A stretch of 64,000 bases of DNA, taken from positions 16,630,567 through 16,694,566 of the forward strand of contig CM120649.1 of assembly GCA_051362555.1 (NCBI GenBank). Direction: 5' to 3'. The translations under genes were made by a program, and so were the position numbers. The notes beneath the pieces were generated by a model. The model saw nothing but the letters and a program-made list of their open reading frames with translations, had not been told where the DNA came from and ran no database searches. The stretch comes from Lingula anatina. Taxonomy: Eukaryota > Animalia > Brachiopoda. Positions 1 through 11,700 of this stretch are shown in pieces (the stretch's first letter is position 1; the number at the start of each line of letters is the position of its first letter).

Positions 1-304
1 GCATCATCAAAAGAATCTGAATAATTAAAAGTATCGGTCAGAAATGAAAATATCGTTTGGCCACACATAATTGATAAATTTGTTACGAGCAGAGACACGG
101 TCGGTTGTTGTTCGTTGTTTAAAACCTACGGTGTTCAATGGGCATAGCAGCTATAATAAAATGCACTGGATCCGTGTTGTGCTGTACCGAATAACAGTTC
201 GATGAAAACCAAACGGAACATTCAACCTTGATCTCGTCCCTGTTGGATGTGCATGCCTTTATATGTTTTAAGTTCCAAAACAAGGCAGTTTGTGGAGAAC
301 TTAC

Positions 305-386
305 CTAAGGCATGGATAATATACGGGTCTTTTAATATATTGAGAAACCTTGAGATCCTAAACGATTTATTGTCGTCATCAGTACC
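305..386 (-). CDS. SLC18A2: SLC18A-like exon (central loop and start of TM7)
   Basis: GTDDDNKSFRISRFLNILKDPYIIHAL (LKDPYI motif); ttatag and gtaag flanks. Confidence 0.85.
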
Positions 387-1635
387 CTATAATAAAATAA
401 GAAGTTAATAAATTGACTATATAGACAAATCATTCTCATACTGGTACTGATGAAAAAGTTAATGTTACGAGATTATCAAATATTTTCCAGGGTCTTTTTT
501 TTTCGTTCGTTCTAATGTTTTAACAGTTTTAAGCGTTCAATTTCACTATACCCAGTAGCTGTATGGCTTAATGGAATAACTAAATGATCTAATTCCCTTA
601 AAATGGACGTATCTGCGCCCTTTTATCCTAGAAAACTGAATTTATTCGATAACAAATCTTACCTCCGCTGTGGGGCAAACAACCAGCAAACGTAGCCCTA
701 AGATGAACGAGAGAAAACAAAAAAAATTATTTAATTTCCAAGAACGCATTTGGCTGTTCGAATAAATGGTACGACTACAACATTAAAGCAATAAATCACA
801 ATGTCATTTGAGATGATGATAATTGGATACATTTATTGCATTATATTATATTATATTATATTATATTATATTATATTATATTATATTATATTATCCCTAC
901 CTGCGTCAAAACATTTGAGACCTCCCTGTAGAAGAAAAGGCGCCAGTCTGCCCAATAGCTGGTATAACACACTGCCCATGGAGTAACCTCCTAAAATAGG
1001 TCATTTTTTTTATTTTATTTTATTTACTAAAAACCACCTTTAAAAGATGAGTAACAGAATAAATACAAGTCAATTTTATGGAACACTGAATAATTATCTA
1101 ATAAATTGAAATAATAAGCAATATATAATATTTTGACTGTTATCATCTGAATTGGTCCAAAAACCTGAATATATCTTGCGTTTTGTCTTTTTTTTAATAT
1201 ACCGACTGGAAATAAAATTGACTTGAATGGACATATCCTTGTGACCCCCAAGAAAACCCATAGGTTTGCCTACTCTCTTCAAGAACCACAGATGGATTTT
1301 CCACTAGATATTCGCAGATATGTCTCTGTCTAATTCTACTGTGTCTAGAGGGAATTTATGTATGGAATTATCTTCACGCCTTATCCTGACTCTATTATAG
1401 AGAAGTTAAGTTAGCCATGCAACACAAACTACCTACCTACCTAGCATTCCAACTGCATACCCTCCAAATGCCACTGCAAACGCTTTTGTCCTTTCCTTTT
1501 TATCTTTGAATCTTTCAGCAAGTAATGTCACAGCTACAACAGAACAGTGCAGAAAAACAGTTGCTTTACAAAATGAACGTCAGATTTTTAAAAATTAATT
1601 AAATATGAACGCGTGCATCAGCTGGCGTGCGTGCG

Positions 1636-1697
<62 letters not shown>

Positions 1698-4600
1698 TTC
1701 GGTCCTTAAAAGTAGACAAAATGTATCGTTGAACAACTTAATGACTGCTATGGTGTTGTAGGGCTCAGATAAAATAATAAAAGAAATAAACACTATTATG
1801 TTCAGAAGAAGACTTCTCAGGTGATCATTTTAAGGGGAAGTCTGTAAACTTACCAGCAACATATGTGACACTTGACCCCAGACCCTGAACCATGCGTATC
1901 AGAATCAGCAGAGGGAATTGTTTTACAAATGCAAAAGCTGAAATTATACCATCATTAAATTATTCTGAAATTATCATTCACTTAAAATATAAAGATATGT
2001 TTTCAGCTGTCGTGTTATACATACGCAGGCAAATAATGTGTGTTTGTAAAATCAAAGTACTTCACGAAGTATCCAAAACCATCGAAAGCAGAGGGAAATC
2101 TACAAATATGACGGGAAAACTCACAATCAAACCAATTAAATGTATATATTATATAAACAGTATTTGCGTTTGATTCAAGCATAAGAATAAAACATTTAGT
2201 TAAATTGGAATTTAAAAATTACCTATCGTTGCCGCGGCATCTAGAACACACCCAACCAGCAGAGGCGACTTGTGGCCAAACCTTAAAGATGGTTTAAATA
2301 GTTATATAAAACACAATATTGGAGTATATGCACAATGTTATCATATCATTTTTCCACCCTTTCTTCCATCATTCCGTCCATCCATCCATCTATTCTGTAG
2401 GTTAGTGTTTCAATCGGTCACTTTGTTAGTCAGTCAGATAGACGTCAGTCAGTTCGTCAGTCAGTGAGTCACTTAGTCAATTAGTCAGTCAGATAGACAG
2501 ATAGTCTGTAGAGTAAGTCACTTAGCTAGTCAATCAGTCAGATGTCAGTCGGTTAGTAAGTCAGTGAGCCACTTAGTCAATCAGTCAGTCAGTTAGACAG
2601 GTATCAGTCTGTAGAGTCAGTCACTTAGTCAATCAGACAGATGGCAGTTGGTAAGTCAGTCAGTGAGTCACGTAGACAATCAGTCAGCTTCTCCCCTCTT
2701 GAATCAGTCAGTTGCTATGGAATCATTAGCGTACCTGCCCACCACGATCCCGACCAGCGGCCTCACCACTATCTCCACTGCAAACTTGACTGCCAGCAAA
2801 ACTCCGCCTTTGCCAGAGAGGCCTTCTATCTTAGGGGCCTCCCTACTACCCCCAGGGACGGACGCACCACCCCCAGGGAGCGCCACGACACTGGCGTTAC
2901 TTGGAGCGGTTTGACAGCTGGTCGTTGGGTATTCGTCGTCTTCCATTAGAAGGCAGGGGAGGATGGCTTCTGCAATAAACAAATAAATAAATAAATAAAT
3001 AAATAAATAAATGATAACAATGAAAATGAAACCTTGCAAATATACAGACCATGGCACATTGAAATAACTTAATCTGACATTAATGTCAACAGAATTTTGT
3101 GCAAATATTTAAAAAAATTGTAATAACAAGTTAAGTACCATATCTAGTTGATTTATGAGACATACTTAAAGTAAACATATTTTATTTGTGTGTTGAGTAA
3201 AATTTGACGCTTGACAAACTTGGAAATATATATGTAATAAATCTTCTGTTACCCAGCGCTCGTGACAGCTCGGAAAAAGCATTTTGCCCACACTCACAAA
3301 TACGTGACAAGAAAAAAAAAAAAAAAATCGGCCGCAATATAAAATTCATGTACACCGATGTAGAATTTGGTGTCCATTATCAAATATATATAACAGTCCC
3401 AAATTTGAAAGGGTTGACAGTTGGCTAAAATCCATTCCCCAAGCGGTAACAAGGCCGATAATACAGGACTTAAATGAAAAGTGCTTCAAAATATTGACTG
3501 CATAATTTATTTAAATCAAAATAATCAATTTCTCTAATTTTGTCTTAATATAACTTTTGAAGAGTTCTCATGTCAACGTTGCAACTTTCAATTTTTTCTA
3601 TTTTCGTTTAAAGTGCCTAACGTCCTTTCGAAGTCACAAAAATTATGTAACTTTTATAGTTGATTTATTACAACTGCATTCGCTTTCAGTTTGCAATATA
3701 CTGTACCATAGCCTACAATCTATCGCGTGATGGTTCCGCATTCAATGCCACAGTATTTTAATGATAAAAACATCTCACCTTGAAGTATTTCACTGTATGG
3801 CCACTATAAAAATACAGGTTCTCCTTTGTCCAGTAAACAGATTTTAATCTATTAAAATAGCCTTTCAACGCCACCACCAACAAAAAAAAAAAAAAAAAAA
3901 AAAACGAAAAAAAACAAAAAAAAAAAAAAAAAAAAAACAACAAACCTTTTGTTTACGTGTTAAATAAATTAATATTTTACCACAAAAATGAAGAAATGTT
4001 ATGTGATCGTGACCCTGCCTCAACCACTATAAGCGCTGAATACCAAGCGGGGAGATAGCAGGTACCGTTTATGGAGGACTGGTATGTCCTCAGATGGGGT
4101 CGAACCCACGGCGAAATGCGAGTACTTTCTCTATGTAGATTCATGTCAATTCACCGTATAGATCTTAAAGGAAAAAATAAGTATTATCACTGATGCATCT
4201 CTGAAGATCTACTATACAGATGTCACATATAATCCAAGCTTTCGGCCCCTGGGCCTTCTTCGGGGATTATCTGTAAAGTAGATCTTCAGAGATGCATCAG
4301 GTATAATACTTATTCTTTCTCTAGGTATGTACGTAAAATACTACACGAACACCCTCTCACCAAGAAGTTATAAAGAGACTTCTTGCTCTCACGATATATT
4401 TGCCTTAAACACATCTCGTGGACGCTCGAGGTAACCTGGCACGTAGCGCGCTTGTGACAGCAAGCTATTCAACGTAGACAAACATGTTATTCAACGCAGT
4501 ATAGTACATTGTATCTACAAGTACCGCCATCACCACCTGTGCCACAACATCAAAGTTAAAACTGCTATGTGCATTACACATGTTGGGCTCTTCTGAGGTC

Positions 4601-5587
4601 GTTTTCGGTCAATAATGAAACAGTTTTTAACACTTCACTGCATATTCTATTTCAATTTATCCCAGAGCTACTGACTCTAAACTATTGTTATTTTCTCTCT
4701 GTCACATCTCTTTCATAAATTACTCATTTATATTGTTAAAACATTTCAAACCCGACACTTTATAACTCTTTTTCATTTATTACAAGTTAAAGTAAACAAG
4801 TAGAGTTTGGTCCTTCTATACCGCACTTCAATATATACATGTTTACAATGGACGCTTGGCCATTTTTAGCCACCTTACAAGGGGAGGACGGAGACCGTCT
4901 TCGGGGTCTTCCGGAAGATGGTCAGAATATTTTAAGTTACATTGGCGGGCATTTATTTTTTTTCTTTCTGAAGACGGTCAAATATGGAAAATGGATCAAC
5001 AAAGGTAATTTAGAAGACTGTCAGAAAGTATATATATATTTCTGGATCCGCCCCTGATGCAGACTGGGTGTTGGCCGTCTCGCCTCCCTGGGGAGGATAC
5101 AGCCCGGCTGTCGTATGAGGCGCTCAAAGCTAACAAACGAACAGTATCTCTCGCTGACAGACCAGGCACTTTACTCTGCCTCAACCACGATAACCGCTGA
5201 ATGCCAAGCTGGGACACACAGGCACCGTTTATGAAGGACTGGTATGTCCTCGGATGGGGTAAAACCCACGTCCTCCCGGCGGACAATATGAGTACAAGGC
5301 ATTCCGGTATATGTACATTTTAATGCACTAAAAAGAATTGCGTGTAACAAGCAATCAGCCAAGATGCTGCATCTGAATAGACCTTACTTCATCTGCAAAC
5401 TATGTAACATTCTAATAATAGGGTAGGGTAAATAATAATCACTTTTTTGGAAATCTCTAGAGGAACAGGAGGCAAAATGGAACAGAAAGTTCTGATGAGA
5501 AGTTTGAGCTATGAGCATTCTTTAGGTTGGTAATTTCACTATTTTTGGAACGCATGCAAAACATGCCTACTACATATAGTACCTGTA

Positions 5588-5636
<49 letters not shown>

Positions 5637-6313
5637 GAATTGAATAGGGTTGGGTGCAGCACAAGTTTTTGATAAGAAAGTGGTTTCTATGGCAGAAAAT
5701 GATGCTAAACGCACGTGGCAACTGCATTTTTCACACCAATCAGTAATACGAGTAAGTTCCCGAATTTTTCCCTAGTCTTCAATATAGAGCCTTATTATCA
5801 CTTACCCTTATGATAACTTAGCCTCATGATCACATAACCTTAAGATCACTTAGCCTCAATCACTTAGCCTTATAATCGCTTCTTAGCCTTATGATCACTT
5901 AGCCTTATAATCGCTTCTTAGCCTTACGATCACTTAGCCGTATAATTACTTCTTAGCCTTATGATCAAATAACCATATGCATGATCACTTATAGCCTCAA
6001 TCACTAATCCTTAACTTAATAGCCTTATAATCCATCGCCTTATCCAATATGATTACTTACCCAATGTTGCCGACAGGCTGGTTTGGAGCGCCAGGGACAC
6101 GAACACCACGGCTATGACCAACCCCTGGGAACGCCGGAAAGCGTGCCATTTGTCTTTTGCTGACACCGGTCTGGTCTCGTCCTCGGGAGGCCACTCCAGT
6201 AACCAAATATCATTCACAGGACCCGCGCCGTGCCCCCCTTGGATATTTTGTCCTGGTATTTCACTGCATCTCTCATACAGAGGACGGCTGTGTGTATTCC
6301 CATTGTCTGACAT
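305..6313 (-). CDS. SLC18A2: SLC18A (VMAT/VAChT-like) vesicular MFS transporter, divergent; 5' half of a multi-exon gene (exons 6061-6313, 2735-2969, 2223-2281, 1854-1937, 1441-1533, 901-990, 663-697, 305-386), continuing left of the window
   Basis: Eight GT-AG exons join in frame: ...RRSQGLVIAVVFVSLALQTSLSATL|EAILPCLL...GVLLAVKFAVEIVVRPLVGIVVG|RFGHKSPLLVG...|AFAFVKQFPLLILIRMVQGLGSSVTYVA|AVTLLAERFKDKKERTKAFAVAFGGYAVGML|GGYSMGSVLYQLLGRLAPFLL...FDA|GLRLLVVCPTAE|...LKDPYIIHAL. This is collinear with VMAT2 as recalled (ARSLQGIGSS, GSVLYEFVGKTAPFL, LLKDPYILIAAG), with VMAT-like exon sizes 59/84/93/90 nt. The symbol marks the family, not strict orthology. Confidence 0.88.
663..697 (-). CDS. SLC18A2: SLC18A-like short exon, 35 nt
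   Basis: GLRLLVVCPTAE; cttag and gtaaga flanks; phase 1 to 0 fits both neighbours. Confidence 0.75.
838..894. repeat. (TATAT)n pentanucleotide microsatellite
   Basis: Direct reading. Confidence 0.9.
901..990 (-). CDS. SLC18A2: SLC18A-like exon, 90 nt (TM6)
   Basis: GGYSMGSVLYQLLGRLAPFLLQGGLKCFDA; tttag and gtagg flanks. Confidence 0.9.
1441..1533 (-). CDS. SLC18A2: SLC18A-like exon, 93 nt (TM5)
   Basis: AVTLLAERFKDKKERTKAFAVAFGGYAVGML; tgtag and gtagg flanks. Confidence 0.9.
1638..1697. repeat. (TG)n(AG)n compound microsatellite
   Basis: Direct reading. Confidence 0.9.
1854..1937 (-). CDS. SLC18A2: SLC18A-like exon, 84 nt (TM4)
   Basis: AFAFVKQFPLLILIRMVQGLGSSVTYVA; tttcag and gtaag flanks. 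Confidence 0.9.
2223..2281 (-). CDS. SLC18A2: SLC18A-like exon, 59 nt (TM3)
   Basis: RFGHKSPLLVGCVLDAAATI; AG/GT flanks, phase 2 to 1. Confidence 0.85.
2400..2712. repeat. Degenerate (AGTC)n tetranucleotide array
   Basis: Repeated AGTCAGTC / CACTTAGTCAATCAGTC units. Confidence 0.85.
2735..2969 (-). CDS. SLC18A2: SLC18A-like exon (luminal loop and TM2)
   Basis: gcag|AA GCC ATC...GGC AG|gtacgc; EAILPCLL...LAVKFAVEIVVRPLVGIVVG. Confidence 0.85.
4010..4112 (-). mobile_element. tRNA-derived SINE fragment
   Basis: Minus-strand B-box-like GGTTCGACCCC followed by CATACCAGTCC...GCTTGG.ATTCAGC; second copy at 5170-5280. Confidence 0.55.
4229..4270 (-). ncRNA. Minimal type I hammerhead-ribozyme-like motif (Penelope-type) at the apex of a ~140-bp hairpin
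   Basis: Minus strand: ATAATCC-CCGAAGA-A-GGCC(CAGG)GGCC-GAAA-GC-TT-GGATTAT; core has C instead of U at position 4. Confidence 0.5.
4880..5056 (+). mobile_element. hAT-like MITE family A copy
   Basis: Aligns with 7335-7502; ends TGGATCCGCCCCTG. Confidence 0.65.
5170..5280 (-). mobile_element. tRNA-derived SINE fragment, same family as 4010-4112
   Basis: Clear alignment to 4010-4112. Confidence 0.55.
5790..6055. repeat. Minisatellite, ~16-19 bp unit (TTATGATCACTTAGCC)
   Basis: Roughly 15 degenerate copies ending at a splice donor. Confidence 0.85.
6061..6313 (-). CDS. SLC18A2: SLC18A-like coding exon 1 (N-terminus and TM1)
   Basis: ATG at 6313 (MSDNG...) just downstream of an acceptor at 6357-6358; ends TTGG|gtaagt, phase 1. 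Confidence 0.8.
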
Positions 6314-7334
6314 AACGGTCCATACCGAGGTACTGCGTGTACCAGCTGTGTTGCTTCTGCAATAGCGTCCGTATTTGCCCCTATGTGTAAACAATATAAT
6401 TTGGCATTATCTTAACAGCGAACTGAATTGTAAACAAGCTCCGTCACATACCTGTGCACAAACTACAAATTTTGTTAAAAATAGGTACAAGAAATGTCCC
6501 GAAAAAAATGAGGACTTTTTAAACTACAGCGCCGCGCGTGACCCTTCACAGTTAAAATGCAGAAGAGAATAAGCTAGACTTATGGCTTGGAACAACTAGC
6601 TTAATGATCTCCATTTATCATCTCCGGGCATAACATTATACAGCTTCACGCGCTTCATATTTAAAAGTCCTTTATTGTAGATATTGTAATGAATGTACCT
6701 AATTACTGATAAATGATACCGGGTGCTTTAGGGACAATGTTGATTAGTTCCCTAATTAGATAATACTAGGCCTAGGTACCTAAGATAGGACCGCAGAAGA
6801 GCCAAAGCCTTGCAATTAATTCCAGCAGAATCTTCAAATAATGACACTGAGGAAATAATATTTGGATGGCAGATAATAAAGAATAAAAAAGTATATATAC
6901 AATAGATGATCATATGAAAACTATATGGCAAGTGGATTTCTTTAAATACGTGTGCAGTGATGAGGGTATATGTAGTCTAGTCGGCTGCAAAATTGAGAAA
7001 AGTTTTTTACGTGTACTGTGCAATACAGAGTATGGAGGCACCATTATATTAAGGTTATAACAGAGCCATTCCCAATAAAAACACATGTTACCAAGGCTGT
7101 GTTCTGATTAAAAATTATCAGTCCTGCAAGATCTCGAGATCTCTATATCTGCGAGGATACTCAGTGTATAATTGTCTGGCCCGCCCCCTCCAGAACCTCC
7201 AGAACCTACAAACGATAATAACCCTGTAGTTTTTACTTTAACCGACGTTTACTGTTCCTCATTGGTCTAGTCTAAGCACCCTCTAGCAGGGCCACAGTTA
7301 TTATGTGGACATTTTTGCTGAGGTTAGATACAGT

Positions 7335-7502
7335 CAGGGGCGGTTTTAGGCCGTCTTCTGGGTCTTCTGGAAGACGGTCAGTTTGTAGAGTTAACACTGA
7401 CATGTATCTAATTTTTTCTGTCGGAAGACGGTCAATAATGGAGGATGGATCAACAAATATAATTTGGAAGACTGTCAGAAAATATCTCTGGATCCGCCCC
7501 TA
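7335..7502 (+). mobile_element. hAT-like MITE family A (CAGGGGCGG...ATCCGCCCCTG)
   Basis: Homologous copies at ~4880-5056 and 54438-54605; internal GAAGACGGTCA repeats. Confidence 0.7.
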
Positions 7503-7651
7503 TATGGTGCGTAAACTGAACGTACCTCGATCTTTAACAGTGTGCCACAGGATTGCTGCCCCGGGTCAGAATGGCGAGAAACAAATCACCATCGCCAGAT
7601 ATCAACCTTATTAGGGAATCTGTGAGCAACTTTTTCTAGCCAAAGCAGTAA

Positions 7652-8231
7652 GGCCACACTTTTTTATTTTTATGGATGACATCCTCTAGGGACCCCAAAA
7701 TCGGAGCGAGCGGGCGAAAAAAAACAGTCCAAAAAGAAAACTGCTTAAGAAAAGTTATGTTTTCAGTACACAGCTGGAAACACTAATTTACCAAAGAAAC
7801 ATGTATCAAACTAACAACATGTCTTTATCCATGCTCTCAAAATATTAAAGCATTGTGAATAGGGCCTACTTCGTAGAAAAGTAAAAAGTCATGAATATAT
7901 ATGCTGCATATTACCAAATCTATTTAAGGTTATGTCATGCATTCTGTTGGTATAGCAATCAATAAAACAAATATCAAATAAACAGCGTGTCTTTATTTGT
8001 ACTCTCAGAAAATTAAAGCATTGTAAACACTTCACAGAATTGTTAAAAAAATGAAGCAAAGATAGGCCTATGCTTCCTACTACCAAATCTAAAAAAGGTA
8101 ATTTCGGCCATTTTGGTAATAATGCCATTTTGTCTACTTCGACTCACACGTAGCAGCCAACTGTCGGGTGGCCTGTCCGACCTTCAGTCCACCAAATACC
8201 ACGACGCTCTTGTCGACCCTTTTTTCGCTAC

Positions 8232-8263
<32 letters not shown>

Positions 8264-8752
8264 GTATGTGCTGCTTTGGACAGAATGTCACTGAAATTTT
8301 CTGGGCGATGATCGCTGGCCGCGGCCAGCCTTTCGTATAATTGTAAAAGGGTGATATCTCCATGTCCAATATCAATGGCAAACCAATCCAAAACGACGGC
8401 CCCCGTTCTCTTTATGACTTTAATTGTCGTGTATTTTGAAATTAATGCTAGAGATGAATTTGACGGCAAAGCGGCCATATTTCCACGTGGTGATAATACG
8501 CATGCGCAGAAAGCTCATTTTCCGCACTCGGAACTACTCGGATGTCTCCGCAGTTGACAATGACAGTATGGAGCTTGCGGAATTAGCCGAGGATTACCGA
8601 TTGCATTTTCCGGCAAATTCAATAACGACGTTTGCGACAACCGACTTCCTTTGGGGGGGGAGGGGGGGGGAAGGGGAATTTTTTTTTTTGGAGAACGGAC
8701 GAAAATCGGTGCGCGCGCAGGATGTCATCCATAAAAATAAAAAAGTGTGGCC
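7652..8752. mobile_element. Non-autonomous TIR element with TAA duplication (PIF/Harbinger- or Zator-like)
   Basis: ~34-bp TIR GGCCACACTTTTTTATTTTTATGGATGACATCCT at both ends; TAA at 7649-51 and 8753-55. Confidence 0.75.
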
Positions 8753-11700
8753 TAAACGTCTTACTAGTCCCTCGAGAAATCTTAAAAAACAAATTTAACA
8801 ATAGATGCGCCATTGATGGCTATACCTACGTAATAATCTCTTAAGAGGTATGATTCGAATTAGTCTCGATGGGCAATCCTTTTCATGGTTCAGGTTACCC
8901 ATAGTCATTGTGCTGCAAAACAGCGCTAAGGTATTTGAATACAATTGTATTAGCCTGTTAACAGAGAGTCCAAGTATCTAAAATGGGTCATCAATTTCCT
9001 TCTCTCGTTGTTCAAGAGCATTTACCATGACTTTAGTGCAATGCTGTGCGACTTTTTATACTGGCTTCCAAATAAATAGGCAGTTCAGAAATTAAGATAT
9101 TAAAATGTGTAGTATAATGTATATAAATATATGGAGAGTTAAGAATTTAAGATATCAAAATAGATAACACAATGTAAAAGATAACAGCCAGTCAAATTAG
9201 TTATAAAACCTTTTTGAAAATAGAAGTTTTTAATTTTTTTTTTTAATTGTCCTCAGACTCAATAGCTTCAGCGGCTTAGATATCTAGCACGCTTTCTGAA
9301 GCTTCCAAACGATAAATTATTACCCCTAGCAGTTTCAGTAGGCGTGACAGTCATATAAGCCTCTTTAAATGATTGCAATTTAGCGAGAATCCCCTTGGAG
9401 ATAGATCGATCCACAGTTAGTACGATAGGGTGTGGGAATGGTCACTACATTTCATCGCAGCAATGTATAAGCTTAGGCAACTCAAAGCTTTAATAGTCAA
9501 TATAACACCTTTCTATTTTCAGGTGAGATAGCAATCGGTATGGGCATAACTTCATCCTTGAACAAGAGTATATCACGAAAATTGGCAGAGTTGGTAACGA
9601 GTGTATAGGCTACGATCCCGTAGCGTCATTTTGATCCAATTTTTTTGTTATGGAGTTGTTGAGCCCCTAACAGATTTTCAATAAACGCATTATTTTGTTT
9701 TATCAACGATAAAATATGAACGAAGCCCTTTAAAAATAGCTGGCAGGATTTTGGAGTACTAAATGGTGTCATTCATTAGACGTTGAAACGGCGATCGTGG
9801 GTCCTCCGGTAAAAGAGAAATTAAAGAAACCAATTTTTCAGTTTTTGCCCCAAAATAAGGTATATCAGAAAAATTTTCAAACTGATCAGAAAATTATAAT
9901 ACTTATATCTTCTGAAAGGTAATGCAAAGCAGAGAGGAATTCTTTTGGAATTTTTAAAATATTTCTACAAGCAACAAAGATATTGAAGTTTTCAAACTGC
10001 TAAATTACACCAAAAGTGTTCTCACTTCTCAGCCAAGCACCTGTGACCACTGCCCAGCAGTGATCACTCAGGCGCAGCAGAGCACCCTGTGTGTGGGGCT
10101 TTGTGTACAGACGTTAATAAAATTTTTATTATTATGTATTCAGTCCCGTATACATACTTACAGTAGGCCTATTACTGATTTGTACAAACGGGGCTCATAT
10201 TATCAAGATCAACAGAGACATACGAAGAAGAAAGTACATCGGCTCTTGTTGAACGCGTTATCGGCAAAATACAAAGTTATTTATTTCTGAACTCAATGAC
10301 AAGAGAATTGGAAAATTCAATGGGCATATTTTTACAAAAAATGCAGAAAAGCCTTTCTGTAAGCTACACGTACATAATACATGTATGGTAAAGACAAAAT
10401 GGATAATAAACATAATCCAACAACGTGTAAAGTACAATTTGTAAAGTAATACAAATATGCTTAGTATTAAAGTAGGCCTACGTATATTTAACTGTCTTAG
10501 ATAGTTGAAAAGTATGAAATGTGTCGGAAACACTTTATTTGAATGTTTTAATTGTCTGTGATTGAAAACGACGAAAATACGCATAAAAACGTTTAAAAAT
10601 CAAATAATTTGGGCTCTTGCTATAATTTTGTTTTTGTTTCAGATTGACAAAATTTTCATACTTGTCAGACCGAAAGGCTGACATTTTTTACCTGTCGTAA
10701 ATTTTGTGCATATACTAGAGTAAGACACGGTAAACTTTAATTATCGTCTGGGAAAGAGTCGAGAATTCCTGTCTCACCTATTTAACGCTTAAAAGGTTTT
10801 AATTACAGAGGAAAGGTCGTAGTTGTGGCCGCCCGCCTTACCGAACAATTGAACAAGTAACACCTGATGCCTTATCAGGTACCAAACGATTTAATCAGTT
10901 CACCGACGAACGATCTGCGTGTCAGTTTTACCTGTATACACAGTATTTACGAGTCAAACAATGCAGGAAATCTTTTCATTTTATCACTTTAAAAATCTCT
11001 TAAGATATCCTTCAAACAAGACATAAAAATCGTAATGAATTGACACTGCCGGTACATGAGGTGATATCGCCACAGCTTGCATACAACATGTACAAAATTG
11101 TGAAGACGTAGGCCTGCGCACCTGTCCACACTCTTGAAAGCTGTGTACGAGTCTACTGGCTATTTTGATTTTATATATAAAAAAATAACGAGTCTCTTTC
11201 GCATATCTTTATTATCGGAAGCATTTAAAAGAACTCCGTAGCTTTAGTTCGTCATCACTATTGAAAGTGCAGCCAAGGCTCGGACGCTTAGGTGAAGTCT
11301 AGTTGTAAAGCGCATCGTATTTAAACTGAGAAAGAAAATATTTAATTGCTTGATTCTCCGTCCAAATAGCTGTTTCTTGCCTACAGTTTACGCATTTCTG
11401 TGCTTCAGCCACCTTTTTAGTTTGACAGAAAGCAATGCACGCTTCATACGACCTTTTTATATGCGCACCTTGTACATCATCTACACCTAGCATTGCCATG
11501 CTGGAAACAGCAGAAGACCACCATGACCCCTGTGGCGCGCGGTTCCTGTCATGCGCACTTCGTATTTCCGCAAAAGATGAAAAAGGTTAATTGTCTAGCT
11601 CACATGACCAATGACCAATCAGGGCAAAGCTCTCTCTCTGGGTAATTTATACATGTATCTAGGTTTCTTACTTAAAAAAATAACTTGAATGACTTTCAAT

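Noticed and set aside
2641-2949. Plus-strand ORFs over the SLC18 exon
   Set aside because: Antisense shadows of a GC-rich coding exon plus the AGTC repeat
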